Source: Eledone cirrhosa (lineage: Eukaryota). From it: 64,000 nucleotides of DNA. Each line of letters begins with the position of its first letter. Within the stretch, counting starts at the first letter, position 1. The translations under genes and the position numbers were made by a program. Where the stretch lies: the NCBI GenBank assembly GCA_964016885.1, contig CAXHJY010001040.1:35025-99024 (forward strand), read 5' to 3'. The notes below the pieces were generated by a model. That model did no database searches and was not told the DNA's origin. It worked only from the letters and a program-made list of their open reading frames with translations. Below are positions 1-11,456 of the stretch, piece after piece.

Positions 1-672
1 AATTTCACTCACAGGCTTGAATCTACCTGAGGTTATGTTAAACACATAGTGGGATCAAACCTAGATTTATGATTTAGAAGCCTACTTCATAATCCCTAGG
101 CTATGCTGGCATGTACACTCACTGCTTTGAGAAAAACACAAAATGGATAAAACTCATTTTGTTGTTCCTCTCTTGCACCATAAACAATAAATTATTCTGG
201 CAAAGATAGTTCATACATAAATGTTTATGTGATGTCTTGTCTTTACTAGAATAATTCTTCACAGAAAAAACTGTTACAGCTTTTAGTTTCTTAATCACTA
301 TTTTACGTCCATTTTTCCATGCTGGATCGTCATGGTCTGAGATTTGAAAAGTTGAAGAACTATGACTGGCTCATACATTGCATATTTGGTTTGGTTTCTA
401 TGGCTGGATGCCCTTCTTAGTGCCAGCCACCTTACAGATTATACTGAGTGCATTTTATTATGGCACCAGCACTACCACTTTACAGAGTATACTGGGTGTA
501 TTTTACTGTGACACTGGTGCACTATAACCTTAGAGTATACTTAGGTGTATTTTATCGTGTTACCAGCACAAGAGAGGTTATACACTTGGCAAAACTAAAG
601 AGTTCTCTCTACCCTATCTTGTCTCCATTTGATTACCAACCACTTTACAATATTGCGAGAAAGGAATTTTAC

Positions 673-870
673 CTTTTGAGAAATTTCTTTCAGGGAGGGA
701 TACAAAACTTCCTTTGATAAAAGAGTCTTCATCATGTTTTGCATGACAGGTAAAATATCTGGATTGTTTCCACTACTGCCACTGCTATTCCCTCCACCAT
801 CCATGCCTCCACCTGGGTTTAGGCCAAGATTGTTGAATGCTTGATTTAGACCCTCTTCATTTAACTGATC
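673..870 (-). CDS. PEX19: PEX19 coding exon (DQLNEEG...ILPVMQNMMKTLLSKEVLYPSLKEISQK)
   Basis: Contains the LLSKEVLYPSLKEI motif diagnostic of PEX19. Acceptor is ttttttcag, donor is AAG|gtaaaa; 198 bp, phase 0-0. Confidence 0.93.
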
Positions 871-3694
871 CTGAAAAAAAAAACCCATAAAACATTTTTT
901 TTTAAATGATAAAATAACGTATTCATTCTTAACCATATTTATAACAAGTATATACTACCTGTGTCTTCATCATTATCATCTAATATCCATTCTCCTTTCT
1001 AGCAAAAGTTAGACAGGTCTTCACAGACTATGCAGTACTTAACCTTTAGCATGCTGAATTTTTTTAATGAATTGCTTCCCTTGACACTGCATTGTGTGTT
1101 AAGGGGAGATTACTCTATCAGCAACAGAAAGCACCTAGAGGACCCAGACAGTTAAATGGAACTACCAACTTCTCAAATGGGCCATGGGCTTGTATCTTGT
1201 TTATACACATTCCCATGCTCTACTTAATGCATTATTAACGTGGCACCAGCACTATGGAGGTAGTTGTGTCTTTGACACATATGAAAAGTTTCCTAACCCT
1301 TTGTTTGGCATGTTTTCTACAGCTGGATGCCTATCATTTCACAGATTGTACTGGGAGTGTTATGATAAAATGTATAAACAAAGTTATTCCAGTGTTCATT
1401 TTTTTGTATATTTATAAATACTTTATTTAATGTGGCCTTTCTATATTAAAACAGTGGGTTGTGATTTGAGGGAAGTTTAACTGTTATTTTTGTAAAGTGG
1501 ATTCCTGATATTTTTTTTTTTTTTTAGCTGATGCATGGTATAGAAGAAAAGGTGCCTGTTTACTTGTTTAAATTTTGTGCTATTATATAATGAGTTTTTG
1601 ATTAAAATAATAATTTTAAAAAAATTAACAGTTTAATTCAAATAGCCTCAAGCAGGTTGTAACACAGGAGAACTGCTGATCTTCAGCATATTAGTATTGA
1701 AAGGGTTAATGCCCACTCTTCAATTATGACTGTCTATTTGCAAGTTTACTTGTAATAATAATGCATGATAAAAATGATTAGACATGTACTGCTCTGCAAA
1801 CATTACATTCATGCTAACATGGAAAAATTAATGTAAATTCTTTCATATTTTCCATGCTTGCATGCGTTAGACAGGTCATGTTACGAAGCGAGCCAAGTCA
1901 GGTGACTCCATCTTGTTCATATAGATCTTTTTGGGGCTTGGTTTTCTACAGCTGGATACCCTTTTCAACACCAACCAAATTATAGCATGTACTGGGAGCT
2001 TTTTGTGGCACCACCACTAATACTTTACAGTCAGTACAACCCTACCAGGGTGGACTAGGTACTGTTTTTGACGTGTTACCAGCATGACCACCTTGCTGGA
2101 GTGCTGGTGCCACATCAAAAAAGCACCCAGTCCAACCTTGGTATGGTTGTACTGGCTGTAGTAGTGGTGATGCTACAAAAAAGCAGTACATGCTGAAATG
2201 TGGTTGGTGTTGGGAAGGCCATCCAGCTGTAGAAAACCAAGCCAAAAATAGGATGTTTTTTGCTGCAGAAACAGCACAACCACCTTACTGGGTGAACTGA
2301 GTGCTTTTTGTTGTTGTGGTACTGGTACTAGCAACATATGATAAAAGATAATTATAATTGTTTATTTAGACTAAATAAAAATGTTTACCTTTGGTTATTT
2401 CCCTTTTGGAATCGAAATGATTTACTATGAATATCAAAATCTTCTCAAAAATACATTAATATTGATTTTGTTTTATCTGCAAAACTATTAATTTGAAAGA
2501 GAACAATAAACTTGACTATACCTAAAAATATTAGAGTATATTCTATTATCATATAATACTCAGCTCACTCAGATTTTCCCCAGAAGAAGAATAAAGGCAT
2601 TACATTTTTTCATGATAATTTTTCTTACAAAATGCTAGTAAACTACAATACAAATAAAAAATATAAATCAAAGTTGTACTTCAACATAAAATGTTCTAAA
2701 AATCTGGATATTTCTCAACAGCAGTTTGACAAATAGAGATAGATAAAATTAAGTACTAGACTTGAAAAAATAACTATTGGTGTTGATATGATCAACAAAA
2801 TATTTTTAAAGCAGTGCCTCAGCATAGCCACAGCTTATTGACCGAACTCAATAAAAGAATTGCTTTCTTTTTCATTATTGATGTGAGTAGAAGCTTGGCT
2901 GCAGTGAAAGAAGTCATTAGTCACAAAGGCAATATATTTTTGAAGACGCAATGAGATATTGTGAAATCAATCTCATTCTTATGGGAAGTAACAGCTTAAA
3001 TCAAAAGAACTGTATAAATAAAGTGAAATGACTTCAAAGACGAATAAAAACTAGGTTGTTGCTTTAACTTGACAGGAATTAACTACTTGCTGTAAAGCAT
3101 TTGCCTCAAATTGAGTAAATATTGATTTATTAAAGAGGGAGAAAACTGAAAATTTAAAGGCGAAGAGAATAAGATTTGACCAGGAATAGTTGTTGGTTTC
3201 ATAGAGCAAAATCATCATCTTTCATTTTCATGTTGATTTTCCAGCATAGAAAAGTTGATGTAATAAGGACGATTTCTATATCATTTATATAAGGATGATT
3301 TATATATCATTTAACATCCATTCTCCATGGAAGTAAGGGTTGGATGGATTGTCACAGACCATGTCAGTGTTTAAAATTGAAGATACTGATTGCTTAGAGG
3401 GGCTGGAGGTCACATTTCACATATGTTCCTAGATTTTGCAGAGTACACTGGGTGCATTTTCTTGTAGTACCAGTATTGGTGAGGTTGTCCTGCATTTAAC
3501 ACAACTGAAGAACCCTCTCAACTTATATATATATACACACACATAAACAAGGTAAAAACCAAGTAAGCTAATCAGGAGGAGAGAAAAGTGATTAGTTATG
3601 CAGATTACTAGCCAGTAGATATTAATTTTTTTTTTAATTTGAATTTGGCAGAGCCGGCAATTTATTGCTCGTATACAGGAAACTGACTGGCCAG

Positions 3695-3793
3695 TCTGCT
3701 GATATGCAAATCTGGCTGATCAGTGGATCTGCTAATAGGCAGATCTGACTGATTAGCCAGTCTGCTAATATGCAAATCAGGCCAATCAGTCAC
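3695..3793. repeat. 3 x 33-bp tandem repeat with two ATGCAAAT octamers
   Basis: Unit TCTGCT(G/A)ATA(T/G)GCA(A/G)ATC...; octamers at 3704 and 3770. Confidence 0.75.
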
Positions 3794-3844
3794 TGTATAT
3801 TTTAGAAAATAGCAGATATTTTCACTAGCTCTGACAGTTGGCAG

Positions 3845-3910
3845 GTGAACAGTGAGCTGTACTGATGAAGGGTGATACCCAGAAACATTAGTGTCTGCAG
3901 TTCTGTTTAT
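3845..3910 (+). ncRNA. Type I hammerhead ribozyme motif
   Basis: GAGCTGTA-CTGATGA-aGGGT gat ACCCa-GAAA-CAT ta GTG-TC-TGCAGTTC, with a GUC cleavage triplet. Stem I extends via GTGAACAG/CTGTTTAT. A.A mismatch at the base of stem II. Confidence 0.7.
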
Positions 3911-4074
3911 ATGCCAACACGAGCAAGAATGAAGGGTTCATTCAACTGACATGGCTTTAAAAATTAGGCTTGTTTGCATAATTGCAAACGAATCGAATGT
4001 TGTTAATAATATTCGAAAAACTCAGATTACATTTATTGTATTCAGCCATGTAGAGGGAAATTTTAGTTTTTATT

Positions 4075-4113
<39 letters not shown>

Positions 4114-4126
4114 ATATATATATATG

Positions 4127-5898
4127 TAGAGGCATTAAGTTAGTTGACCCGGTCATGAAGGTCACAGAAAGAGTTATAGCACAACTAATCAAAGATCGAA
4201 TTGATCTAGATGAAATGCAGTTTGGGTTTGTGTCAGGTAAAAGTACCACAGATGCACTTTTGTTTGTATGACAACTACAGGAGAAGTACCTAGCTAAAAG
4301 TAACCCCCCCCTACCGCCCACTTAGCTTTTGTTGACTTGGAGAAAGCCTTTGACAGAGTCCCCCACTCCATTATGTGGTGGGCCCTTAGAAAACTAGAGC
4401 TATACAAGCCATGTATAAAGAAACAGTCAGCAAGGTTAGAATTAACAATGAATATAGTGAAGAATTTAGCGTAAAAGTTGGTGTTCATCAAGGATCTGTC
4501 CTTAGACCCCTCCTGTTTATTATTGCTCTTCAGGCTATAACAGAGGAGTTTAAGACCAGCTGCCCATGGGAATTTCTATATGCAGATGATCTAACTCTTA
4601 TAGCTAAATCTATGGCCGAACTAGAGAAGAAATTCCAAACATGGCCTAGAATCAAAAGGCCTTAAAGTTAACTTGTCTAAGACAAACGTTCTAGTATGTA
4701 GAAAGGAAAATAGGGCACAGGTGCCCTCTGGGAAATGGCCATGCTCAGTGTGTAGGAAAGGAGTAGGCAGAAATACCATTTTATGTCCCAAATGCAAACT
4801 ATGGATACATAAAAGATGTAGTTGGATCACAGGTAAACTATCTAAGAACGTAGATTTTACATGTGGCTGATGCTCAGGTGCAATAAGTAGCAGGTGCCCA
4901 CAGGATACTAGCTCCTTCTACTGCCCAGATGGTTCTATAGAAATAGTGGACACTTTCCGTTACCTGGGTGACAAAATCAGCAATGGTGGAGGGTGCTCTG
5001 AAAGTACAGTAGCCAGAGTTAGAACGGGATGGAAAAAGTTCAGAGAGCTTATACCGCTGTTGGCCACAAAAGGTTTCTCTCTGAAAATGAAAGGCAGATT
5101 GTATGATGCCTGTATACGAACAGCAATGTTACATGGCAGTGAGACATGTGCATTGTGTGCAGAGGACCTGCGCAGACTGGAAAGGAATGAAGCTTGCATG
5201 CTCCGTTGGATGTGTAATAGTAATATACACGAACAGCTAAACATAAACAAACTAAGTGAGAAATTAGGAATAAGAGTGATCAGATGCTGTTTACTTGAGA
5301 GAAGATTACGTTGTTGGTATGGTCACGTGATGCCGCTTGAAAGGCGACAGCTGTATAAAAAATTGCAGGACGATCAGAATTGATGGAAGTTACGGAGTAG
5401 GTAGACCCAGAAATACCTGGGACGACTTGACAAATTCCGACCTTGCACACTTGCACCTCTCTAAGACAATGTTACTGGATCGAGATCTGTGCGCCATGCT
5501 GTAATACAGAAGACCCGCGTTCCCTATGTGCAAAGTTAACCTACAGTCAGTAGGCCCCTCCAAACCAAACATACATCCAAACCCACAATCCCTACTCGAC
5601 CATTCCACTCCCACCAACACCACTCTTTCTCTATAAAGTTATGTTGGTACCACAACACCCAGTCCAAAACTAATGAGGTCGTGTAGGTGTCACAGCTACA
5701 AAAAAAAAAAAGAAAAGGGAAGAGAAAAAAAAAGGAAAGGGAGAAAAGGGAAAAAAAACAGGCCATGCTGTAATGTGGTAGTGTAGGTAACACGGTTAAA
5801 AGCCCCCAGTCCACACTGTAAATGTGGTTGGTGTTAGGAAGGGAATCCAACCATAGAAAACCTGCCAGATAGACCTATACGAGCGAGACACGGTCACT
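4127..5898 (+). mobile_element. Decayed RTE LINE (RT through 3' UTR)
   Basis: RGIKL, QFGF, GVHQGS and YADD fragments with stops and frameshifts; starts at a (TA)n tract. Confidence 0.9.
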
Positions 5899-5905
5899 TT
5901 TTCTC

Positions 5906-6630
5906 ATGACATCTACACGACCACTTTACATTGTGGACTGGGTGCTTTTTGTCGTGGCACTTACAGAACCACTTTACAGTGTGGACTTGGCACCTTTGTC
6001 ATGTTACCGACACAACCCCTTTACAGTGGGGCCTGGGCACTTTTGTCTTGGGACTAGGGAGTGGGGAGGAAGCTTGGAGAAAATGTGGACAGGGTAGTAG
6101 GGGAGGTATGGTTACCACTAAGGGAGGTGAATAAGAGGAGATAGAAGGTTTAGGAAGGTGTTACCTACTAGGTATAAGCCTCAGCCTGAGAATAATAGAG
6201 GGCGGGTCTTCTGTAAAACTGCATAGAACCAGAGGTCAGCTTTTATTACAGCTTTGTGCAAGGTCAGCTTTTATTACCTTATCTCAAGTCTTCCTAGGCC
6301 TGCCCACACCACGGCTGCCATCGACTTTGAGAGTTCTGCACCTTACTATAGAACTATCATCCTTCATACGCATCACATGTCCATACCAACGCAATCTCCT
6401 CTCCTACATACAACAACTGATTCCTCTTATGCCTAATTTCTCACGCAGTATATTTATACTTTGCCATTATATTGCTCTTGCACATCCATGGAAGCTTCAT
6501 TTCTTTCCAATCTTCGCAGGTCCTCAGCACACAGTGCCCAGGTCTCACTGCTGTGCGACATTGTTGTTCGTATACATGCATCATACAGCCTGCTTTTCAT
6601 TTTGAAGGAAAAACCTTTTGTAGCTAGTAA
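5906..6630 (-). mobile_element. RTE LINE 3' fragment, tail-to-tail with the previous copy
   Basis: [47 protein letters not shown]. Confidence 0.8.
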
Positions 6631-6656
6631 TATATATATATATATATATACATATA

Positions 6657-6710
<54 letters not shown>

Positions 6711-6838
6711 TGCATGTATGTATATGTGTATATATATATGTATATATATATGTGTATATATGTGTGTATATATATGTGTATGTATATATGTGTATATATA
6801 TGTGTGTGTATATGTGTATATATATGTGTATATGTGTG

Positions 6839-6915
<77 letters not shown>

Positions 6916-6976
6916 GTGGAACACTGGAAGGTAATATCCATAGTGGTAGAGCACTCAGTCCAAGGGGCGAGTTAGG

Positions 6977-7112
6977 TAGAAGTGGTTACACAACAGTTAG
7001 TTCACTATACCTAGAACAATTGTTTCACCTTAGCGGATCCTCAGCTGAAGATCCGCAAAGGTGAAACAATTGTTCTCGGTATGGTGAACTAACTGTTGTG
7101 TAACCACTTCTA
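6977..7112. repeat. 136-bp near-perfect palindrome made of two head-to-head hammerhead 3' halves
   Basis: 68-bp arms centred on CAG|CTG (7044/7045). Each strand reads CTGA(A/G)GA-TCCGC(A/T)AAGGT-GAAA-CAATTG-TT. Same family as the motif at 43930. Confidence 0.85.
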
Positions 7113-7116
7113 TCTT

Positions 7117-7147
<31 letters not shown>

Positions 7148-7162
7148 TTTTTTTTTTTTGCG

Positions 7163-7385
7163 GAGAGTTGTGGCTGAGTGGTTAGAGAATTGGATTCACA
7201 ATCTTGGGGTTGTGAGTTCGATTCCTGGACCGGGCGATGCGTTATGTCCTTGAGCAAGACACTTTATTTCACGTTGCTCCTTCTACCTGGAGTTGCGACT
7301 GATAGATAGTACGAGCAACTGGAAAGACCGACAAAAACATTGTTTCCTTGGTCCGATTTGACGAAAGTCAATCGATCCAGATATA
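7163..7385 (+). mobile_element. tRNA-derived SINE (head, core and ~100-bp body)
   Basis: A box TGGCTGAGTGG, B box GAGTTCGATTCC, core CCTTGAGCAAGACACTT. Second copy at 50281. Confidence 0.8.
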
Positions 7386-8768
7386 CATATATATATATAT
7401 GTATATATGTATATATGTATATATATATATATGTATATATAAAGTTATGTTGGTGCCACAAAATCCAGGCCGAAACAAATGAGATTGTGTAGGTGTCACG
7501 ACAAAAAAACACACAGTCCACGCTGTAATGTGGCCGTGTAGGCAACATGGTTATAACCTCCCAGCCCCACACTGTAAATGTGATTGGTGTTAGGAAGGGC
7601 ATCCAGCTGTAGAAAACCCGCCAGACAGTACTATGCAAGCAAGACAACCACTCTTGCCTCAAGTGGGAAAACTCCCGTCCAAACCCATGCAAGCATGGAA
7701 CATGGACGTTTAAACGATGATGATGATGATATATGTGTGTATATATATGTACATATATATGTGTATATATGTATATGCAGTGGCGTAGCTAGGGTGTGGT
7801 AAGCAGGGCACATGCCACGAGCGCCATATTTAGAGGGGCGCAATTTCGACCTAGATCGCTTTACATCCATGTCGTTTTTATCATTTTTAAAAATATAAGC
7901 CAACAATGAAGCATGTGATTTCTTGATAGCCGACTTCCACACCATGTCTAGTGCACTAGACAGAGCAGATGTCTGATTTGATTTCACAAAAATATATATA
8001 TATGTGTATATATTTTATATATATATGTATGTTTTATATGTGTATATATTTTATATATATATATGTATTTTATGTATATACATATTTTATATATATATAT
8101 ATTTTATATATATATGCTTGTGCGTACATATATATATATACACACACCTGTATGGATTTGTGTCTGTAGATGTGTGTGTGTCTGAGGGGATAGGTGTGAG
8201 TGTATGTACAAGTCAACCAACATAAGCCTTTTATTTCTAAATTTTCTAAACTATCTAAGTATTTGACTAACCATTATTTTAAGTATTACCACCCCACATT
8301 AAATCATTAATTCCTCAATTTGTATCTGTGGATGTGTGTGTGTGTCTGTGGAGGTGGGTGTGAGTGTACGTGCAAGCCAACCTACATAAGTCTTTTTATT
8401 TGTAAATTTTCTACTCTAACCATAATTTTCAGTAGCACCACTCCACATAAATTCCTCAATTTAAGAATGACCTGTAGTATCTATTTCATACTATTAACTT
8501 TAATTGAATATATATCTGACCAGGAATGCTTTTTGTGAAAATCAGTCATATGGAACTATTGTCATCTTGCCTGACAGTTTGAACTTTACAACACCACCTG
8601 CCTCTTTGAGGTCAAATACCAACCCTACTAGCATCTACAAACTGACCAATGAGAATTAAGTCTATTCCTGCTGACAACATTAAATTATTCCTAACAAGCT
8701 CATATGTCCCAAGGCTCTGATACCATCAACACTATAAACACAGAGCTGCCATATCTAAGAACTGACTA

Positions 8769-8823
8769 ACTGCCTGATGAGGTCATAGCCATTCAATGGC
8801 ATCATCGAAATATATATACCAGT
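8769..8823 (+). ncRNA. Degenerate minimal type I hammerhead motif
   Basis: ACTGc-CTGATGA-GGT cata GCCAT tca ATGGC atc ATC-GAAA-TATATA-TA-cCAGT. Stem III is palindromic; C.C mismatch at the base of stem I. Confidence 0.5.
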
Positions 8824-8864
8824 AAATAAAGGATTATGAGTTCATGCAATTGACTTATGTTTTG

Positions 8865-8909
<45 letters not shown>

Positions 8910-9033
8910 ATATATATATATATATATATGTACATATATATATGTATATATGTATATATATATATATATATATATGTACATATATATGTATATATATATA
9001 CGTGTGTGTGTATATATATATGTATGTATGCAT

Positions 9034-9521
9034 ATCATCATCATCATCATCATCGTTTAACGTCCATCTTCCACGCTTGCATGGGTTTGGACAGGAGTTT
9101 TCCCACTTGAGGCAAGATTTGTTGTCCTGCTCGTATAGGACTGTCTGGCGGGTTTTCTACGGCTGGAAGCCCTTCCTAACACCAACCACGTTTACAGTGT
9201 GGACTGGGAGGATTTTACTGTGTTACCTACACGGCCACATTACAGCGTGGACTGTGTGTTTTTTTTTGTCGTGACACCTACACGTCTGGCAGGTTTTCTA
9301 CGGCTGGGTGCCCTTCCCAACACCAACCACGTTTACAGTGCGTACTGGGAGGTTTTTACCGTGTTACCTACACGGCCACATTACAGCGTGGACTGTGTTT
9401 TTTTTGTCGTGACACCTACACGTCTGGCGGGTTTTCTATGGCTGCGTGCCCTTCCCAACACCAACCACGTTTACAGTGTTTACTGGGAGGTTTTTACCGT
9501 GTTAACTACACGGCCACATTA
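9034..9521 (-). mobile_element. RTE 3' UTR fragment with an internal ~138-bp triplication
   Basis: Matches the 3' UTR at 44043; repeat units start near 9143, 9284 and 9422. Confidence 0.8.
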
Positions 9522-10017
9522 CATAAACCTCATTTGTATACTCATCTTAATATTTTTAAATATCTGACTTTTCTTCTCCCTTCACTATCCAAGGATAGCT
9601 TGAACCGTTAAGGTATATTATCCTTGGTTATGTCAAAAACACACTTTATTTATAAAACACACTTCGTATTTTATCTCAAATATATACAATAGAACAAATA
9701 TGGATTCATAAATATAGCTTCGATCTATTTTATATCCTTGTGTATATATATATATATATATGATATTAACAAATGGAAACTATACTCATAAAACCACACC
9801 TATTTCATTATACACATTTCAAGGACACCAAGTTAAATTATGGTGTGCTTTCATCATATATGTATATATGTGTATATATATGCAAGCAGGGAAAAGCGGA
9901 CGTATGATGATGTTGATATATGTATATATGAGTGTGTGTATATATATATATATATATATCATATTTAAAATGCTGGAGAGAACAACAAAGATTTATGAAT
10001 ACATATATATATTCAAT

Positions 10018-10137
10018 GGCTGACAAGTTGTTTCAAACACTGCACAGTAAGAATGGACATAGATGTTGAGATATCGAATATAAATCGATATTCGTCCATT
10101 AAAAATAAATAAATGTGTCAGTATTATCATCAGAGCC
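10018..10137 (-). ncRNA. Type I hammerhead ribozyme with a long extended stem II
   Basis: Minus strand reads GGCT-CTGATGA-tAATACTG...(AATGGAC..ATATCGA..TCGATAT..GTCCATT)...CAGTGTTt-GAAA-CAACTTG-TC-AGCC, with a GUC triplet. Confidence 0.7.
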
Positions 10138-11053
10138 TAAAATAATTCTTTATAACGTCTTAACTCACAAATCAAAGCATAAATATGATTTTTTGCTCTG
10201 CTTATAATATGATTGTTAAACTATCTCTCTTTTCATCTAATCGCATTGCTCGCTAGTCTAGCAACCTTTATGCATTGTGCACACTAACCTTCTTTCTACT
10301 GGCTAGTAATCTGCATAACTTTTCTGTCCTGATTAGCTCACTTGCTTTTTACTTTGTTTATGAATATATATAATTTGAGAGGGTTCTTCAGTTGTGTTAA
10401 ATGCATGAACCTCACCAATACTGGTACTACAAGAAAATGCACCCAGTGTACTCTGCAAAATCTAGGAGTATATGTGAAATGTGACCTCCAGCCCCTCTAA
10501 GCGATTAGTATCTTCAATGTTAAGCACCGACATGGTCTATGAGAGCAAAACCGTATATTGGGTGATCTGACCAGTTGGCCGTGCCGTGCCTTGCTCATAG
10601 TGGAGTCATGTTTAGGTTGGGTTTTCATGGCTGCAGGATGCCCTTCCTACTGTCAACCATATTTACAGTGTGGAGCTGGGTGACACCTTTATGAGACAAG
10701 TCTAACCAATTGGCCACGCTGTACCTTGCTCAACCAGAACTGTATTTTGGCTGGGATTTTTACAGCTGGATGCCTTTTCTAACACCATGTGAAATGAAGT
10801 GTCATACTCAATAACACAAAACGATGCTTGTACAGAAGTCAAACTCATGATCTTATAATCGTGAGCCCAACATTCTAACCACAAGACCATGTGACTTCAC
10901 ACAATTATATTAAACAATGATGATGATATGTTCAACACTTGCTAGTAGGGAAAGTGGATGTTAAATGATGATGATAAGAGAATGAGAGAAAGAGAGATGC
11001 TGCACAATTATAATATAGAATAGGTAGGAGATCCTTTTTGATGTTAATTTTAC

Positions 11054-11139
11054 CTGTAATCCTTCTGCATTTTGAGCTAAACTACTTAGTGTTTTAGCAA
11101 GTGTGTCTGCAAATTCCTTTTGAGCCTCGGGAGAGTCAC
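11054..11139 (-). CDS. PEX19: PEX19 coding exon ((G)DSPEAQKEFADTLAKTLSSLAQNAEGLQ)
   Basis: Not in the ORF track; read by hand. Acceptor tttatttcag, donor CAG|gtaaaa; 86 bp, phase 1-0, in frame with both neighbours. Resembles the vertebrate PEX19 segment QEFxxxLxxTLSxLAxNAxxLQ. Confidence 0.9.
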
Positions 11140-11456
11140 CTGAAATAAAATACTAAACTGTTACATTATTTCTTATAAAATAACAGCATATAGAATAGAA
11201 TGTTCTTTATGTCATTGCAATAGTCTTCATCTTTCAACTCTCTCAGTCACTACAAATACTACAACTACAACTATTGCTGCTGCAGCATAGTTTTCCATTT
11301 GATGATTGCACTACCAGAGGATTGGACACTACAGGATTTAAATCAATGTCGTTACATTTTCTGCTCCATTGTCCTCGCTAGCCATGAAAATCATATATAT
11401 ATATTTTGAAGTATACACTGAGGAAAGTATTTAAAAAAAAAAAGGATTAAAATAAA

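Larger units (their letters stand above)
3356..10538. repeat. Inverted duplication pair of ~165 bp (3356-3521 and 10375-10538)
   Basis: Reverse-complement match by eye with scattered mismatches. Confidence 0.85.

Noticed and set aside
7169-7240. tRNA-like sequence (also at 50290)
   Set aside because: A and B boxes are present, but there is no complete cloverleaf and it continues into a SINE core; it is a SINE head, not a tRNA gene.
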